This document shows, in pieces, positions 27,997 through 41,403 of a stretch of DNA of 64,000 nucleotides. Origin of the DNA: Octopus vulgaris. Lineage: Eukaryota. Each line of letters begins with the position of its first letter. Within the stretch, counting starts at the first letter, position 1. The position numbers and the translations under genes were made by a program. The stretch lies in contig OX597814.1 in assembly GCA_951406725.2 (NCBI GenBank), forward strand, positions 106,702,001 through 106,766,000, given 5' to 3'. The notes under the pieces were generated by a model. The model was not told where the DNA came from, searched no databases, and was given only the letters and a program-made list of their open reading frames with translations.

Positions 27997-28545
27997 TATG
28001 TATGTATATATATATACATATTTTGACACTTAATATCTTCGTTAACTCTTACTCCATGTTTCACACACTCCGGACCTTCGAATATGGATTGGCAACTTTA
28101 AATCCGGAATAACGGTTTATAAAATTCTTACTTTCTGATAAATATAATTCAAAATTTGATGTGGAGCACACTCCTTTGCGAATTCTTATTTGCACAGCTT
28201 TTTGTACTAAAACATATACACACATGAGTGTGTATGTTTGTGTGTGCCTGTGAGTGTGTGCATGTAATTACATACACACACACACGACCAAGTACAGATA
28301 CAAACGTTTATATATATATAAGTGTGTGTGTGTGTGTGTGTGTGTGTGTATTTTGTCATACATAGACTCACTTACACACACACACATAGTATAACTTTCA
28401 ATGAAAATATGTCTCCGTCTTTCTTCTTGTTCTGATTTTTGTGATCTTTGAATTATCAATTTTTCTTTTTCTTTGAGAAAAAAACTGATTCGGAATATTT
28501 TGATTGCATTAAAGTCAAAGAAGATATACTCCAGAAACAATGGAA

Positions 28546-28815
<270 letters not shown>

Positions 28816-29422
28816 TATGAAGTTTATATAATTAGTTTTTATCGACTTTTGATGAAACTTTTGGAATTGAGTAATATGTAGTATCGACTTTGGCGCCTTC
28901 TTCCGCCAAGCTGAATAAAGCAAAATTCCTTGTTGCTTCTACCGCCAATACTTCCATAACGTTGTTCTTATTTTCTTCAAAAATACATTCCTTTATATAT
29001 ATTTTTTTTATATATAATTTACATACTTAGGTTCTGTTAATCTCGCTTTTCTTAAGCATATTTCTTTCCTCTTTTTTCTTTACTAACAATCTCTGGCTTC
29101 CTCTCTCCGTCATGTTATCTGACTATGCTGACTGAATATATTGAATATAAATACACATGTGTATATATTTAGGGAGCTGCTGGTTATATTGTGTATTCGT
29201 GTGTGACCCCCGCGAGACGAAGTCTCTAAGTATCAATGTACCCAACACAAATGCGAACAGCCTGTTGGATTGTGTCTGAAGAAATGGCAGCGAAATTTGA
29301 TGTATTTCTCCAACGGACGTCTCGCCAGATGAATATACAAATATGTGTGTTTATGCATATAAATGTATATGCATGGATTTCTCTATATGTATTTACTGTA
29401 ACCATGTATATATGTATACGAA

Positions 29423-29469
<47 letters not shown>

Positions 29470-29916
29470 TTATATATATATAAATACAGATATATATATA
29501 TATATTTATTTATATTTATATATATATATAAATAAATACAGATATAGGGTAAAAAATCATATTTATAAAAATATATATAAAAATACATACATATATATAT
29601 ACATATATATACATATATACACACACATACATATAAGTAGATAGATAGATAGATATACATATGTATGTATATATGTATATATATATATATATATATGTAT
29701 GTATATGCATATATGCATACAGGGAAATATCTATGGTATATATATTTTTATTCAATTGAAACAGTTAATATTTATGTTTGTATATGCACTTGAGTAAACA
29801 TACGCAATGTAAATATGTACACTGTAAATATATCTGAGCTGGTGCTTCTCGTTTTACACACAAACGAAAAAGCACGCATGTACACGGAGAAAACCTGACA
29901 CATAACACTCACGTTC

Positions 29917-30018
<102 letters not shown>

Positions 30019-30043
30019 CATACATACACACACACATGCATAC

Positions 30044-30088
<45 letters not shown>

Positions 30089-30696
30089 CACACACATAAA
30101 TATATTCATAAATATGTATATGTGTGTGTATACATACACACTCACATAGTCACCCGAATTCATAGAATTTGAATACAAAATTATAAATTGAGAACCATGT
30201 GTCTGTACATCTAAATGTGTTTATACACACACACAAGCACACACAAACACACACACGCAAGTATATGCATGTCTCAGAGGTTAATTTTTTTAATGTAAAT
30301 ATTCAAATATAATGGTGTTGTATTCTCTAAAACTGATATGAACCTGTGTGTAAGTGTTTAACCGTGTGTGTGCGTGTATGCCTATACGTGTTTGTGCGGT
30401 TATATGCCTGTACATGTTTGCGTGCATAGTGATGTTTACATCTATAGAGACCCACTCCATCACACATAATCTCACACAGCCACACTCACACTCATTTACA
30501 CACAACTTCTGTTTTATTTTTTTAATTACTTATGTGTAAGCATGTTCACATGTGCGCCAGGACAGGGTTTTTTTTTTAATACAAACTCAACAATGACACA
30601 ATGTAAATGGCATATCCGATATACAAACACACCCATGCATATAAATCATACACACATGAACACCATATATACGTACGTGCACACACTCGAGCGCGC

Positions 30697-30773
<77 letters not shown>

Positions 30774-30828
30774 CATATATATATACACACACATGCGGGT
30801 GTGTGCGTGTGATCGTATATAGATAGAT

Positions 30829-31042
30829 AAGGCGGCGAGCTGGCAGAATCGTTAGCACGCCGGGCGAAATGCGTAGCCGTATTTCGTCTGCAGCTAGGTT
30901 CTGAGTTCGACTTTGCCTTTCATCCTTTCGGGGTCGATAAATTAAGTACCAGTTACGCACTGGGGTCGATGTAATCGACTTAATCCCTTTGTCTGTCCTT
31001 GTTTGTCCCCTCTGTGTTTAGCCCCTTTTGGGTAGTAAAGAA

Positions 31043-31043
<1 letters not shown>
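30829..31043 (+). mobile_element. SINE family B
   Basis: aaggcggcgagctggcagaatcgttagc...gtagtaaagaaat. Confidence 0.9.
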
Positions 31044-31122
<79 letters not shown>

Positions 31123-31149
31123 CTGTGTGCGTGTGAGAGTATGCATATA

Positions 31150-31381
31150 TTCTTTTATTCTTTCACTTGTTTCAGTTGGAGCACCACCTTTTAGTCGAGC
31201 AAATCGACCCCAGGACTTATTCTTTGTAAGCCTAGTACTTATTTTATAGGTGTTGTTTAGCCCAATGAGTCGTTGTGGAGCAGGCCTAGGGTTAAACACA
31301 ATTCTTTCTTTAGTACCTTTTAGTCTTGTTTTGTAAACACACCAGCATCGCATGTCAAGCGATGTTGGGGGGACAGACACA

Positions 31382-31419
<38 letters not shown>

Positions 31420-31586
31420 TATATACGACGGGCTTCTTTCAGTTTTTGTCTACCAAATCCACTCACAAGGCTTTGGTCTGCTCGAGGCTATAGTAGAAGA
31501 CACTTGCCCAAGGTACCCCGCAGTGGGACTGAACCCGGAACCATGTGGTTTGTAAGCAAACTACTTACCACACAGCCACCCCTGCG

Positions 31587-31588
<2 letters not shown>
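31150..31588 (-). mobile_element. SINE family A with about 75-bp foreign replacement
   Basis: Colinear with other copies except at 31250-31325. Confidence 0.8.
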
Positions 31589-31641
<53 letters not shown>

Positions 31642-32299
31642 GGAGAGTTTATGAAAAAAACAAAACAGGTGGTGTACAAAACAAACAGATGTAGTAGTAT
31701 AATGCCCAGGAATTGGAAAAGTCCTTTACGTTTCGAGCCTACGCTCTTCTACAGAAAGGGACACAGAAAAAACAAGGAGAGAAAAAATATATATGGAAAA
31801 AATGTGGAGAGAAACAAGGATATATATACATATATATATATATATATATGCATCCTTATACACATACATGAATATATACTTACATATAGACTAACTTATA
31901 TACAATCATAAATTAATGAAATGAAATACATTTTTGTTTAGAACCAGAAGTGTTTAGTATAACGTTTTATACTTCTTATGCATGTTGTTGTTGATGTTGT
32001 TTAGCCCAATGAGTCGTTGTGGAGCAGGCCTAGGGTTAAACACAATTCTTTCTTTAGTACCTTTTAGTTTTGTTTTGTTTTTTGCTTTTTTTTTTTTTTC
32101 ATGAGTAATATTTTCAACATCATAATCCAAAGTGTCCATTTGTCAAACCAGCAGGACGTGATTTTCCTGATATTTGGCTGCTGTCTCTCACTGGCCACTT
32201 CATTAGTCATTCTACTGTTTGCCACGAATAACAGTAAACAAATATGCAGCGAGTGGATACCTATCACTGAGGAAGTGCAGTGCGCTGAAACCACGTAAT

Positions 32300-32580
32300 C
32301 TAACAGTTCCGGCGTCCATGTCAGACGGTTCTTGTCTGCTAACGAAGGAGAAGAGGTATGAACGATTAATCGAAGAGTGCGGGGAACAGGGACAGACTGT
32401 TGGGTATTACTACCTGACAGTGGGGCTACAGGCTTCATTGAATGGAAAATGGCGACTTTATTTAAAAGAAGTTTTGCATTTTCGAGCTGAGAGCTGAGAA
32501 AAGTTTTAAGGAAGATACAGGAGGCTGTCGAAAAAGCCAGTTTCTATATATGGATGAAACGAGGAGACCAAAAATGACTT
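32300..32580 (+). pseudogene. HERO-like RLE LINE C-terminal remnant
   Basis: KEKRYERLIEECGEQG...VG..GFI...QEAVEKASFYIWMKR. Confidence 0.65.
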
Positions 32581-33213
32581 GAAAGCTATAACATGCCGAC
32601 TGGGAAATAACGTCGCTAGGTGAAGCTGGCACTTAAGCAGCGTTGCTGCTTGACAGGTGGGTCAAGGCAGCGATCTCATTCATTGCGCGCCCTCCTCGGC
32701 TGTGGCTGCTGGAACTGAATGAAACTTAGATAGTGCCACGTGAGAGTTAGCTGGTGCTGGCTGCTGGAGCCTACGGGCGAGTATTTAAAGGGAAATTTGG
32801 CAGGATGGTTAGTCGTCCGCTGACATTCGTTGACGCTGCATCGAAAAAAACAAAGAATAAATGGTCAAAAAAAAAGAGAAAGAAAAAAAGGAATCAACAC
32901 CTGAGCTGAAGACACCCTCCCCCCGAAAGTGGAGGAGGAGGGGCCGAAACCGGACGTGTTCCTCCTGATGATATCTTTAGCCACTGGATCCTATAAAGGC
33001 GCTGTTGAGGTAGCGAACCACGAAACGTGGTTGGAATTCCTCCTGTATTTTTACTCTTAGCCCAGAACATGTATATATATATACATGTTAAACACTTACA
33101 CACAGGTTCATATCAGTTTTAGAGAATACAACACCATTATATTTGAATATTTACATAAAAAAATTAACCTCTGAGACGTGCATATACTTGCGTGTGTGTG
33201 TGTGTTTGTGTGA

Positions 33214-33263
<50 letters not shown>

Positions 33264-33407
33264 CCTTGTGTGTGTGTGTGTATAAACACATTTAGATGTA
33301 CAGACTCATGGTTCTCAATTTATAATTTTGTATTCAAATTCTATGAATTCGGATGAATATGTGAGTGTGTGTGTATACACACACATATACATATCTATGA
33401 ATATATT

Positions 33408-33466
<59 letters not shown>

Positions 33467-33647
33467 ACATACATGTATGCATGTGTGTGTGTATGTATGG
33501 GGAATACCGCAGTATTGGACGTTCTAGTAATATATCTACGTTAAGTAGAATATAAAGATTGCCATATACATGCTATATACATATAATACATATATACATA
33601 CACACACATACATACATACATTCATACATACATACATACATACATAA

Positions 33648-34430
33648 CCCTGAGTACAAAGAAATACAGACCATCAGTAGAAGCCATAGTAACTCATAAT
33701 AAACAGGAGTATTGGTGGAATGTCCCAGTGAAAACCTCAATAAAATGTAAGCACAACAGACCTGATATAATGATTTGGGATAGAGAAGAGAAAGTGTGCG
33801 CAGTTGTGGAAATTAGCTGCCCAGTGGATATTAGCATAAAGCTGAAGATCAGTGAAAAAGAGAACACCTATGCTGAACTATTGAGAAATCTGCAGTTACT
33901 CTATCCAGATTAGAAGTTCAGGTTTATACCTGTAATTATTGGGGCCCTGGGATATGTAACACACTGCCTAAACACCAACCTTGAGGAATTAAGCTTCTCA
34001 AAACCAGAAAGGAGAAAGCTGATTCGAAGACTACAGATCCAATCCATCACTGGAACTGTAGAACTCAGTAAAACATTCCAGAAGTTTTAATTTATATATA
34101 TATATAAACTGGCCTGCTCGCTTAGCCAGCGGGGTGGCGTCGTTCGAAGGCTAAAACAATGCGAACGCATTGTGACCAGCGATGTGTAGCAACATCTGAT
34201 GGTCTGGTCGGTCACGTGATCACGTGATATATATAAACATGTCTAGATATGCAGCTATATGCATGAGAAGACACACTTAAAACAAAATATACAAATATGT
34301 ACTTATACATATATTCAGACATACAAAAATAACCTCTTGTTGATGTTGAAATTCTAATGAAGGACCCATGGGTCTAGATTACAAACCGGCTCTCTATTGG
34401 AAATAAATCCTGAAATAAAACTGGAAAATG
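33648..34430 (+). mobile_element. 5'-truncated R4/Dong-like non-LTR retrotransposon (RLE domain plus 3' UTR) in (TACA)n
   Basis: YWWNVPVKTSIKCKHNRPDIMIWDREEKVCAVVEISCP...FIPVIIGALG. (CATA)n lies on both sides. Confidence 0.85.
34107..34228 (+). repeat. Highly structured short repeat inserted in a (TA)n tract
   Basis: Hairpins ttagcc/ggctaa, acaatgcg/cgcattgt and gaccag/ctggtc; ends cacgtgatcacgtg. Confidence 0.6.
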
Positions 34431-35674
34431 ACATATATACATACATACATACATACATGTTACCCCAAGATATTGAGCCCTCTCTCGATCTCTAGACTAG
34501 CCATCCTTAGTAGAGGTCTAAATCTTCATCCTCTTCAGAGAAAAGAGGAACGCACCGATTCCGAATACGAGGCACACCTAAAGACTTTCTTCAATAACAG
34601 AAGTTTATAAACCTCAACTACGGACGATTTTACAAATCTCAGTTTGGATCTGTTCTGGCTGTTCGATCTATTTGGCAAGGTCTGCAGCCATTATTTAGAC
34701 ATATCCAAATTTAGTGAACAGTTTACGAGGAAAAAAATGTTTCCCTGTTGGTATTTTGCATCTTCCAGAAACTTACAAACAGGGATGAGATTATTATTAA
34801 CTAGTCAAAAACCATGGCGCCATGGTGGTCTAGCCAGCCGACATCCCCATCTTCTTCTACTGTATCATCGCCAATGTCTTAGACCTTTTCTCGCTGTCCA
34901 CAACGACCATCTCTTCACCTCCTACCAACACACTCCACCAACTCCCACACCTATCTTCTCTACGAAAACTCCTCATCTCAGTTATCACCATTCTGTCTTC
35001 TTTTTTTTCTAACTCTGTTACGTGACAATGATTCGGATTTCATTTCCAAATCTGCATAAATCCGGTAATTCATCTTCATAGATTATAAACCCACTGACCC
35101 TTTACTGACCCAAACTCCTCCTCCTAACAGCCATTCATCAATAATCTTCCTCTAGCCTCACACTTTCAATTTTCTTCGTTCCAAATTCTTCTCTCCAAAC
35201 ATCCAAACTAATTCTTCATCATTTTCATGTTTCCATCAAAACCTCGAAAATCGTTTTGTTCTTTTCTTTTCTTTTTTATTTTTCTCTCACCAAAGACAGA
35301 TTCCGTCACAAACTCCACAAGATTCTTCACGCAACTCCATGTTAACTTTAAAATACTGTATATTACATGTGTGTGTATATGTGTGTGTGTGAGTGTGTGT
35401 GTGTCAGAGCGTTTGTGTCTGTGTATGTGCCTGTTTGCATATATATATATATATATATATGTGTGTGTATGTGTGTGTGTCTGTCTGTATATGTGTGTGT
35501 ATATATAGAGATAGTGATGCAGATAAATACGATAAGGCTATACAAACACATACAAGCAAATATGCATATACACATATAGATACAGACAGGTATAGATAGA
35601 TAGATACAAATAACTACATATATTCAGACGATAAACGCATATTCATGTTTATATGTGTGTTTGCGTGTGTCTGC

Positions 35675-35744
<70 letters not shown>

Positions 35745-35883
35745 TGTGTAGAAAAAATATACTTACATAGAGCATAACAATACAGGAACTTAAGGAGGGA
35801 ATGCAGTTTTTAACTCGACAGCTGTTTCTGAAAGGTCGGAATTACATAATAATCGTAATGTTCATAACTAACAGAAATATATA

Positions 35884-36033
35884 TAGGCACAGGAGTGGCG
35901 GTGTAGTAAGTAGCTTCCTTACCCGGATTCAGTACCACTGCGTGGCATCTCGGACAAGTGTCTTCTACTATAGCCTCGGGCCGACCAAAGCCTTGTCAGT
36001 GGATTTGGTAGACGGAATCTGAAAGAAGCCCGT

Positions 36034-36106
<73 letters not shown>

Positions 36107-36345
36107 GTGTGTGTGTGTGTATCTGTTTGACTGTCTGCCTGCACTTGTGTGTCTGTGTTTGTCCCTCAATATCGCTTGATAACTAATGTTGGTGTGTTTA
36201 CGTCCCCGTAACTTAGCGGTTCGGCAAAAGAGACCGATAGAATAAGTAGTACTAGGCTTACAAAGAACAAGCTCTGGGGTCGATTTGTTCAACTAAATGC
36301 GGTACTCCAGCAGGGTCGCAGTCAAGCGACTGAACCAAAGAAAAG
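35884..36345 (+). mobile_element. SINE family A, full length
   Basis: aggcacaggagtggcggtgtagtaag...gcggtactccagcagggtcgcagtc. Confidence 0.85.
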
Positions 36346-36382
36346 GAGAAAATAATAAAAGATATATATATATATATATATA

Positions 36383-36568
36383 ATACCAAATCCAGTGACT
36401 AGCCTTTTCCACGTGGCCAAACGATAACAGCAGTCGCCTCACACTGTGTCCAACGGATCCTCTACATCCGACTCCGATTGGAAAATGCTCCGCCTTCCAG
36501 CCTGCGTCTTCACATTCCTCGAGGACGTTTACATAACGGTCAATCTTTCTAGCCTTAGCGGCGTCCAT
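36383..36568 (-). pseudogene. HERO-like RLE LINE C-terminal remnant
   Basis: AKARKIDRYVNVLEECEDAGWKAEHFPIGVGCRG...VEKASHWIW. Confidence 0.75.
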
Positions 36569-36609
36569 GTTATATATATGTATGTATGTATAGTATGTAT
36601 GTATTTAAT

Positions 36610-36865
36610 TATTATAAATCTTCCACTGAGTAGAGAGCAGGTTTCCAACAAAGATACAAGGCTCCATCTTTGGGATGTAGTTTACACAGACGAATTCACA
36701 TTTGTAACTTGAGAAAATTCTTGCATATTTTTACTGTTCCACCCACAGATTGCACCTGTAATGTACGAATTAGCCGGTCGATTTCTCTTTCTGAAAATCT
36801 CAGTGTATCCGGATTCTGCTTTAAGCATTTACTATAAAAATCTTGTGCTCTAGTTATTATTGTTA
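36610..36865 (-). mobile_element. 3' end of an R4/Dong-like LINE adjoining (TACA)n
   Basis: CLKQNPDTLRFSEREIDRLIRTLQVQSVGGTVKICKNFLKL parallels the end of the 33648-34090 reading frame. Confidence 0.7.
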
Positions 36866-38191
36866 TGAGTATGAATGTATGTATGTATGTATGTATGTAT
36901 GTATGTATGCATGTATGTATGTATGTATGTATGTATGCATGTATGTATGTATGCATGTATGTATGTATGTATGTATGTATGTATGTATGCATGCATGTAT
37001 GTATGTATGTATGTATGCATGCATGCATGTATGTATGTATGCATGTATGTATGCATGTATGTATGCATGTATGTATGCATGTATGTATGCATGCATGTAT
37101 GTATGTATGTATGTATGTATGTATGTATGTATGTATGTATGTATGTATGTATGTATGTACGACGGGCATCTATCAGCTTCCAGTCATAAGATTTTGGTCG
37201 ACCCGAAGCTATAGTAGAAGACATTTGCCTAAGATGCCACAGAGTGGGACTGAACTCGGACCCATATTGTTCGAAGCAAACTTACTACGCAGCCACGCCT
37301 GCGTCTGTTTATATGTTTATATTTTTTTTTTGTGTGCATAAATAGAGTTGTACATGAGAGTGCGCAAGTGTACGTGTACGGATATACGTATGTCTGCTTA
37401 TTTATGTATATATGTTTGTATATAGGTATGTATGTATGTATGTATGTATGTATGTATGTATGTATGTATGTATGTATGTATGTATGTATGTATGTGCATG
37501 TATGTGTATACAATTACAGGCAAGAATAAGTCATGTAAGCAGTTTCATACAATAAACCAGCATGTATGTATATACATATATATATTTATATGCGTATATA
37601 TATGCGTATATATATCTATATATATGTATATATATGTGTGTGTGTATATATATATATATGCATGTGTGTTTGTTGTGTGTGTACACAGCATGTTACAGGT
37701 AGTGGTGGAAGGACGGAGGGGTGAAGATTTTGGGTGTGGTTCCAGTTGTATGGAACGAAATTTCACTGACCTAATTTCCTGCTTTTTTTCTCTGAAGAAA
37801 TTTAAATGAAATCAACGTAATTAAATAAAAATGCCTGCATCTCCGTTTCACACACACACACACACTCCTGCCCCTGTCCCCGAATAACTCAACAGTAACA
37901 ATGAACATAACAATAACAACCAACAGCAACAATTGTAATTATGACAGTAATTATACTAATTACGCATTAAATTCTAATAATTATAATACCAATAAGAGCG
38001 AATTAGAGGAGAAATAAAAGAAGCAGTTAATCCGAAATTTAATGAAACAAACGGCGGTTCTTTGCAAGACGGATGTTATTATCCTGTTGTGGCGCGCAAG
38101 ATTAAGATTACTCCGTCTCTCTACTTTATAACTTCCTACATTAGACTCAAGCATGCGTGTGTGCTTCTGTGTGCTTGAGTCTGTGCGTACG

Positions 38192-38282
<91 letters not shown>

Positions 38283-38489
38283 TGTATCTATGTATGTATG
38301 TATGCATGTATGTATGTATGTATGTATGTATACACACGTATGCGTGTGTGCATGTGTGTGTGTGTGCATATAACTTTGTTGAATACTACGCAAAGTTCGT
38401 CCATAGTTATTGGCTACCTGATGTCATGGTACAGTAGAAATAATCCTGCTACTGGACATACATCAGGAGTATCCGTAGAGTTAATATAT

Positions 38490-39370
38490 ATATAAATCTT
38501 TTAGTTATTTTATTTCGGGACACCATGGACCACTCGAGCAGAGACTTGTTGGTTGAGACGTATCCAGGTGTAGGTGGTTCATCCGGTATTTCCTGAAGGA
38601 ATTTGTCTTGGTTCCGTTTGAAAGTTGTGGGGTATTTTTCTACTTTAATTTCTTTCGGGATAACATTGAAAAGTGCAGGACTATTTGCAGTGAAGAAATT
38701 GTGTCTCAATGTTCTTATGTGATATGATCTCGACCTTTGTAGGGGATGCATTGCACGGGGGTCTAGTCTTGGGTGAATTGTAAACATAATGCCAATATCA
38801 TTTGGATATTATTGGTGGAATATTCTCCACATGGTGCAAATATATAGCTCACGGCGGCGTTGCAGTGAATAGGGCTTCAGCTGTTTAAGTCGAGCTCAAT
38901 AATAAAGTCCCGTCATGCCTTTTTGTGTATGTGTGTGTGATTGATCTTTATGGCGCTTCGATCCTCATTATGTCCTGTTTTTTTTTTTGTAGGGGGACCA
39001 CAGTGGGCAGCAGTATTCGAGGTGGAGCCTAGTGAATGTGGAGAAGAGAAGGATGATGGTTTCATGATCCCTAGATTGGAAAGTTCCGAGGATCCATGAG
39101 CAAATTCTACGAGCAACACCGACATTTTTGTTGATGTGCACACTCCAACTAAGGTTGCTGTCGACAGTAACACCTAAGTCTCTAATATTATCCGACGGTT
39201 CAAGTAGGTCTACCGATGGTAGTGTATATGGTTGTTTGAGTGTGCCCTCTTTTCCAAAGTGGTTGAGCTCAAATTTTTCTTCGTTCGACTGCATATCATT
39301 TTTTGTGCCCACTGGGTTACTGCGCATAGGTCCGATTGAAGCATCGTTCGACCATATGCTCCCTTAATGG
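38490..39370 (-). pseudogene. CR1-group LINE ORF2 C-terminal fragment (post-RT)
   Basis: IRDLGVTVDSNLSWSVHI...RLHLEYCCPLWSPY; LFNVIPKEIK...DKFLQEIPDEP. Confidence 0.85.
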
Positions 39371-39373
39371 AGC

Positions 39374-39410
<37 letters not shown>

Positions 39411-39417
39411 TAGATAA

Positions 39418-39487
<70 letters not shown>

Positions 39488-39534
39488 GGATGGATAGGCA
39501 GCCACATATATCTATATATATAGACACACACACG

Positions 39535-39635
<101 letters not shown>

Positions 39636-39882
39636 TTATGTAGACATAATTATAGCAAAAACGGTGAGGATAAGCGCACCATCATACTGGAAATAGACGC
39701 TAATAGCTCTATAAACCACATATCACTTTACTCCTTTAGCAAAGGTTGAAAGCAGGCTAGTGAATCAATCAGATTTTTAACAAGAAGTGTTACCCATAGA
39801 TCAATTTCTGCCTTAGGGAAGCAATTTCCTCCTACTGTCTTCAATATGGGATGCCGAAAGAACATATATGTTGATATATATA

Positions 39883-40092
39883 TAAGGATAAGATCGTTAA
39901 TCTAAATTAAATAACGATCTTATCAAGTGGCCAACATGGAAATAAAAACCTTCAAAGGTAATAATTATTATTAAAATTATAATTTAGGGTACCTGCGAGA
40001 TACCGCCATGCTGAAAATAATGTGGTTTTAGAGTCCGATTTTGGTTGCTATTTTCAGCATGGCGGTATCTCTAGATACCCTAAATTATAATT

Positions 40093-40105
<13 letters not shown>
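39883..40105. repeat. Structured repeat with fold-back (arms about 39965-40020 and 40049-40105)
   Basis: Inverted arms read directly; related to 45042-45302. Confidence 0.65.
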
Positions 40106-40905
<800 letters not shown>

Positions 40906-41403
40906 GGAATACTTCCATAGTAGTGTTCAGATATAGGTGGCATTCTGCCTTTCTCTGACTCCCTTGTTTGCACTTGTGTATTCGAGGTCGTTGTGAGTTC
41001 TTGAGGGGGTGGGAGTGGGAAAATCTGGGCTGGTCAGTGGCGACCGGCAGTCGCTGCGTAGGCGTTATACTTAAAGACATTAGTGACAAGGTTAAGGGGT
41101 AGAAGGTGGAGAAGTAGAAGAAGAAGAAGAAGAAGAAGATGACGGTGCCGATGATGATGACGATGAAGAAGAAGAAGAAGGAGAAGGAGAAGATGACGAT
41201 GATGATGGTGGTGATGACGATGACGACGATGATGATGATAATGATGATGATGAAGAAGAAGAGGAAGAAGAAGAAAAAAAACAGAGAAGGGAGAATATGA
41301 ATGGGTGAAGATATAGCTGTGATGGGGCGATTAGTAATGGATTCTATGGAATGTAATATTTGTGTGTGTATATATATTTCTTTTATTCTTAAGTTGAGGT
41401 ATA

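Noticed and set aside
41105-41280. Acidic D/E-rich coding-like stretch
   Set aside because: It is a (GAA/GAT)n simple repeat within the PLE 3' non-coding region, with no ORF context.
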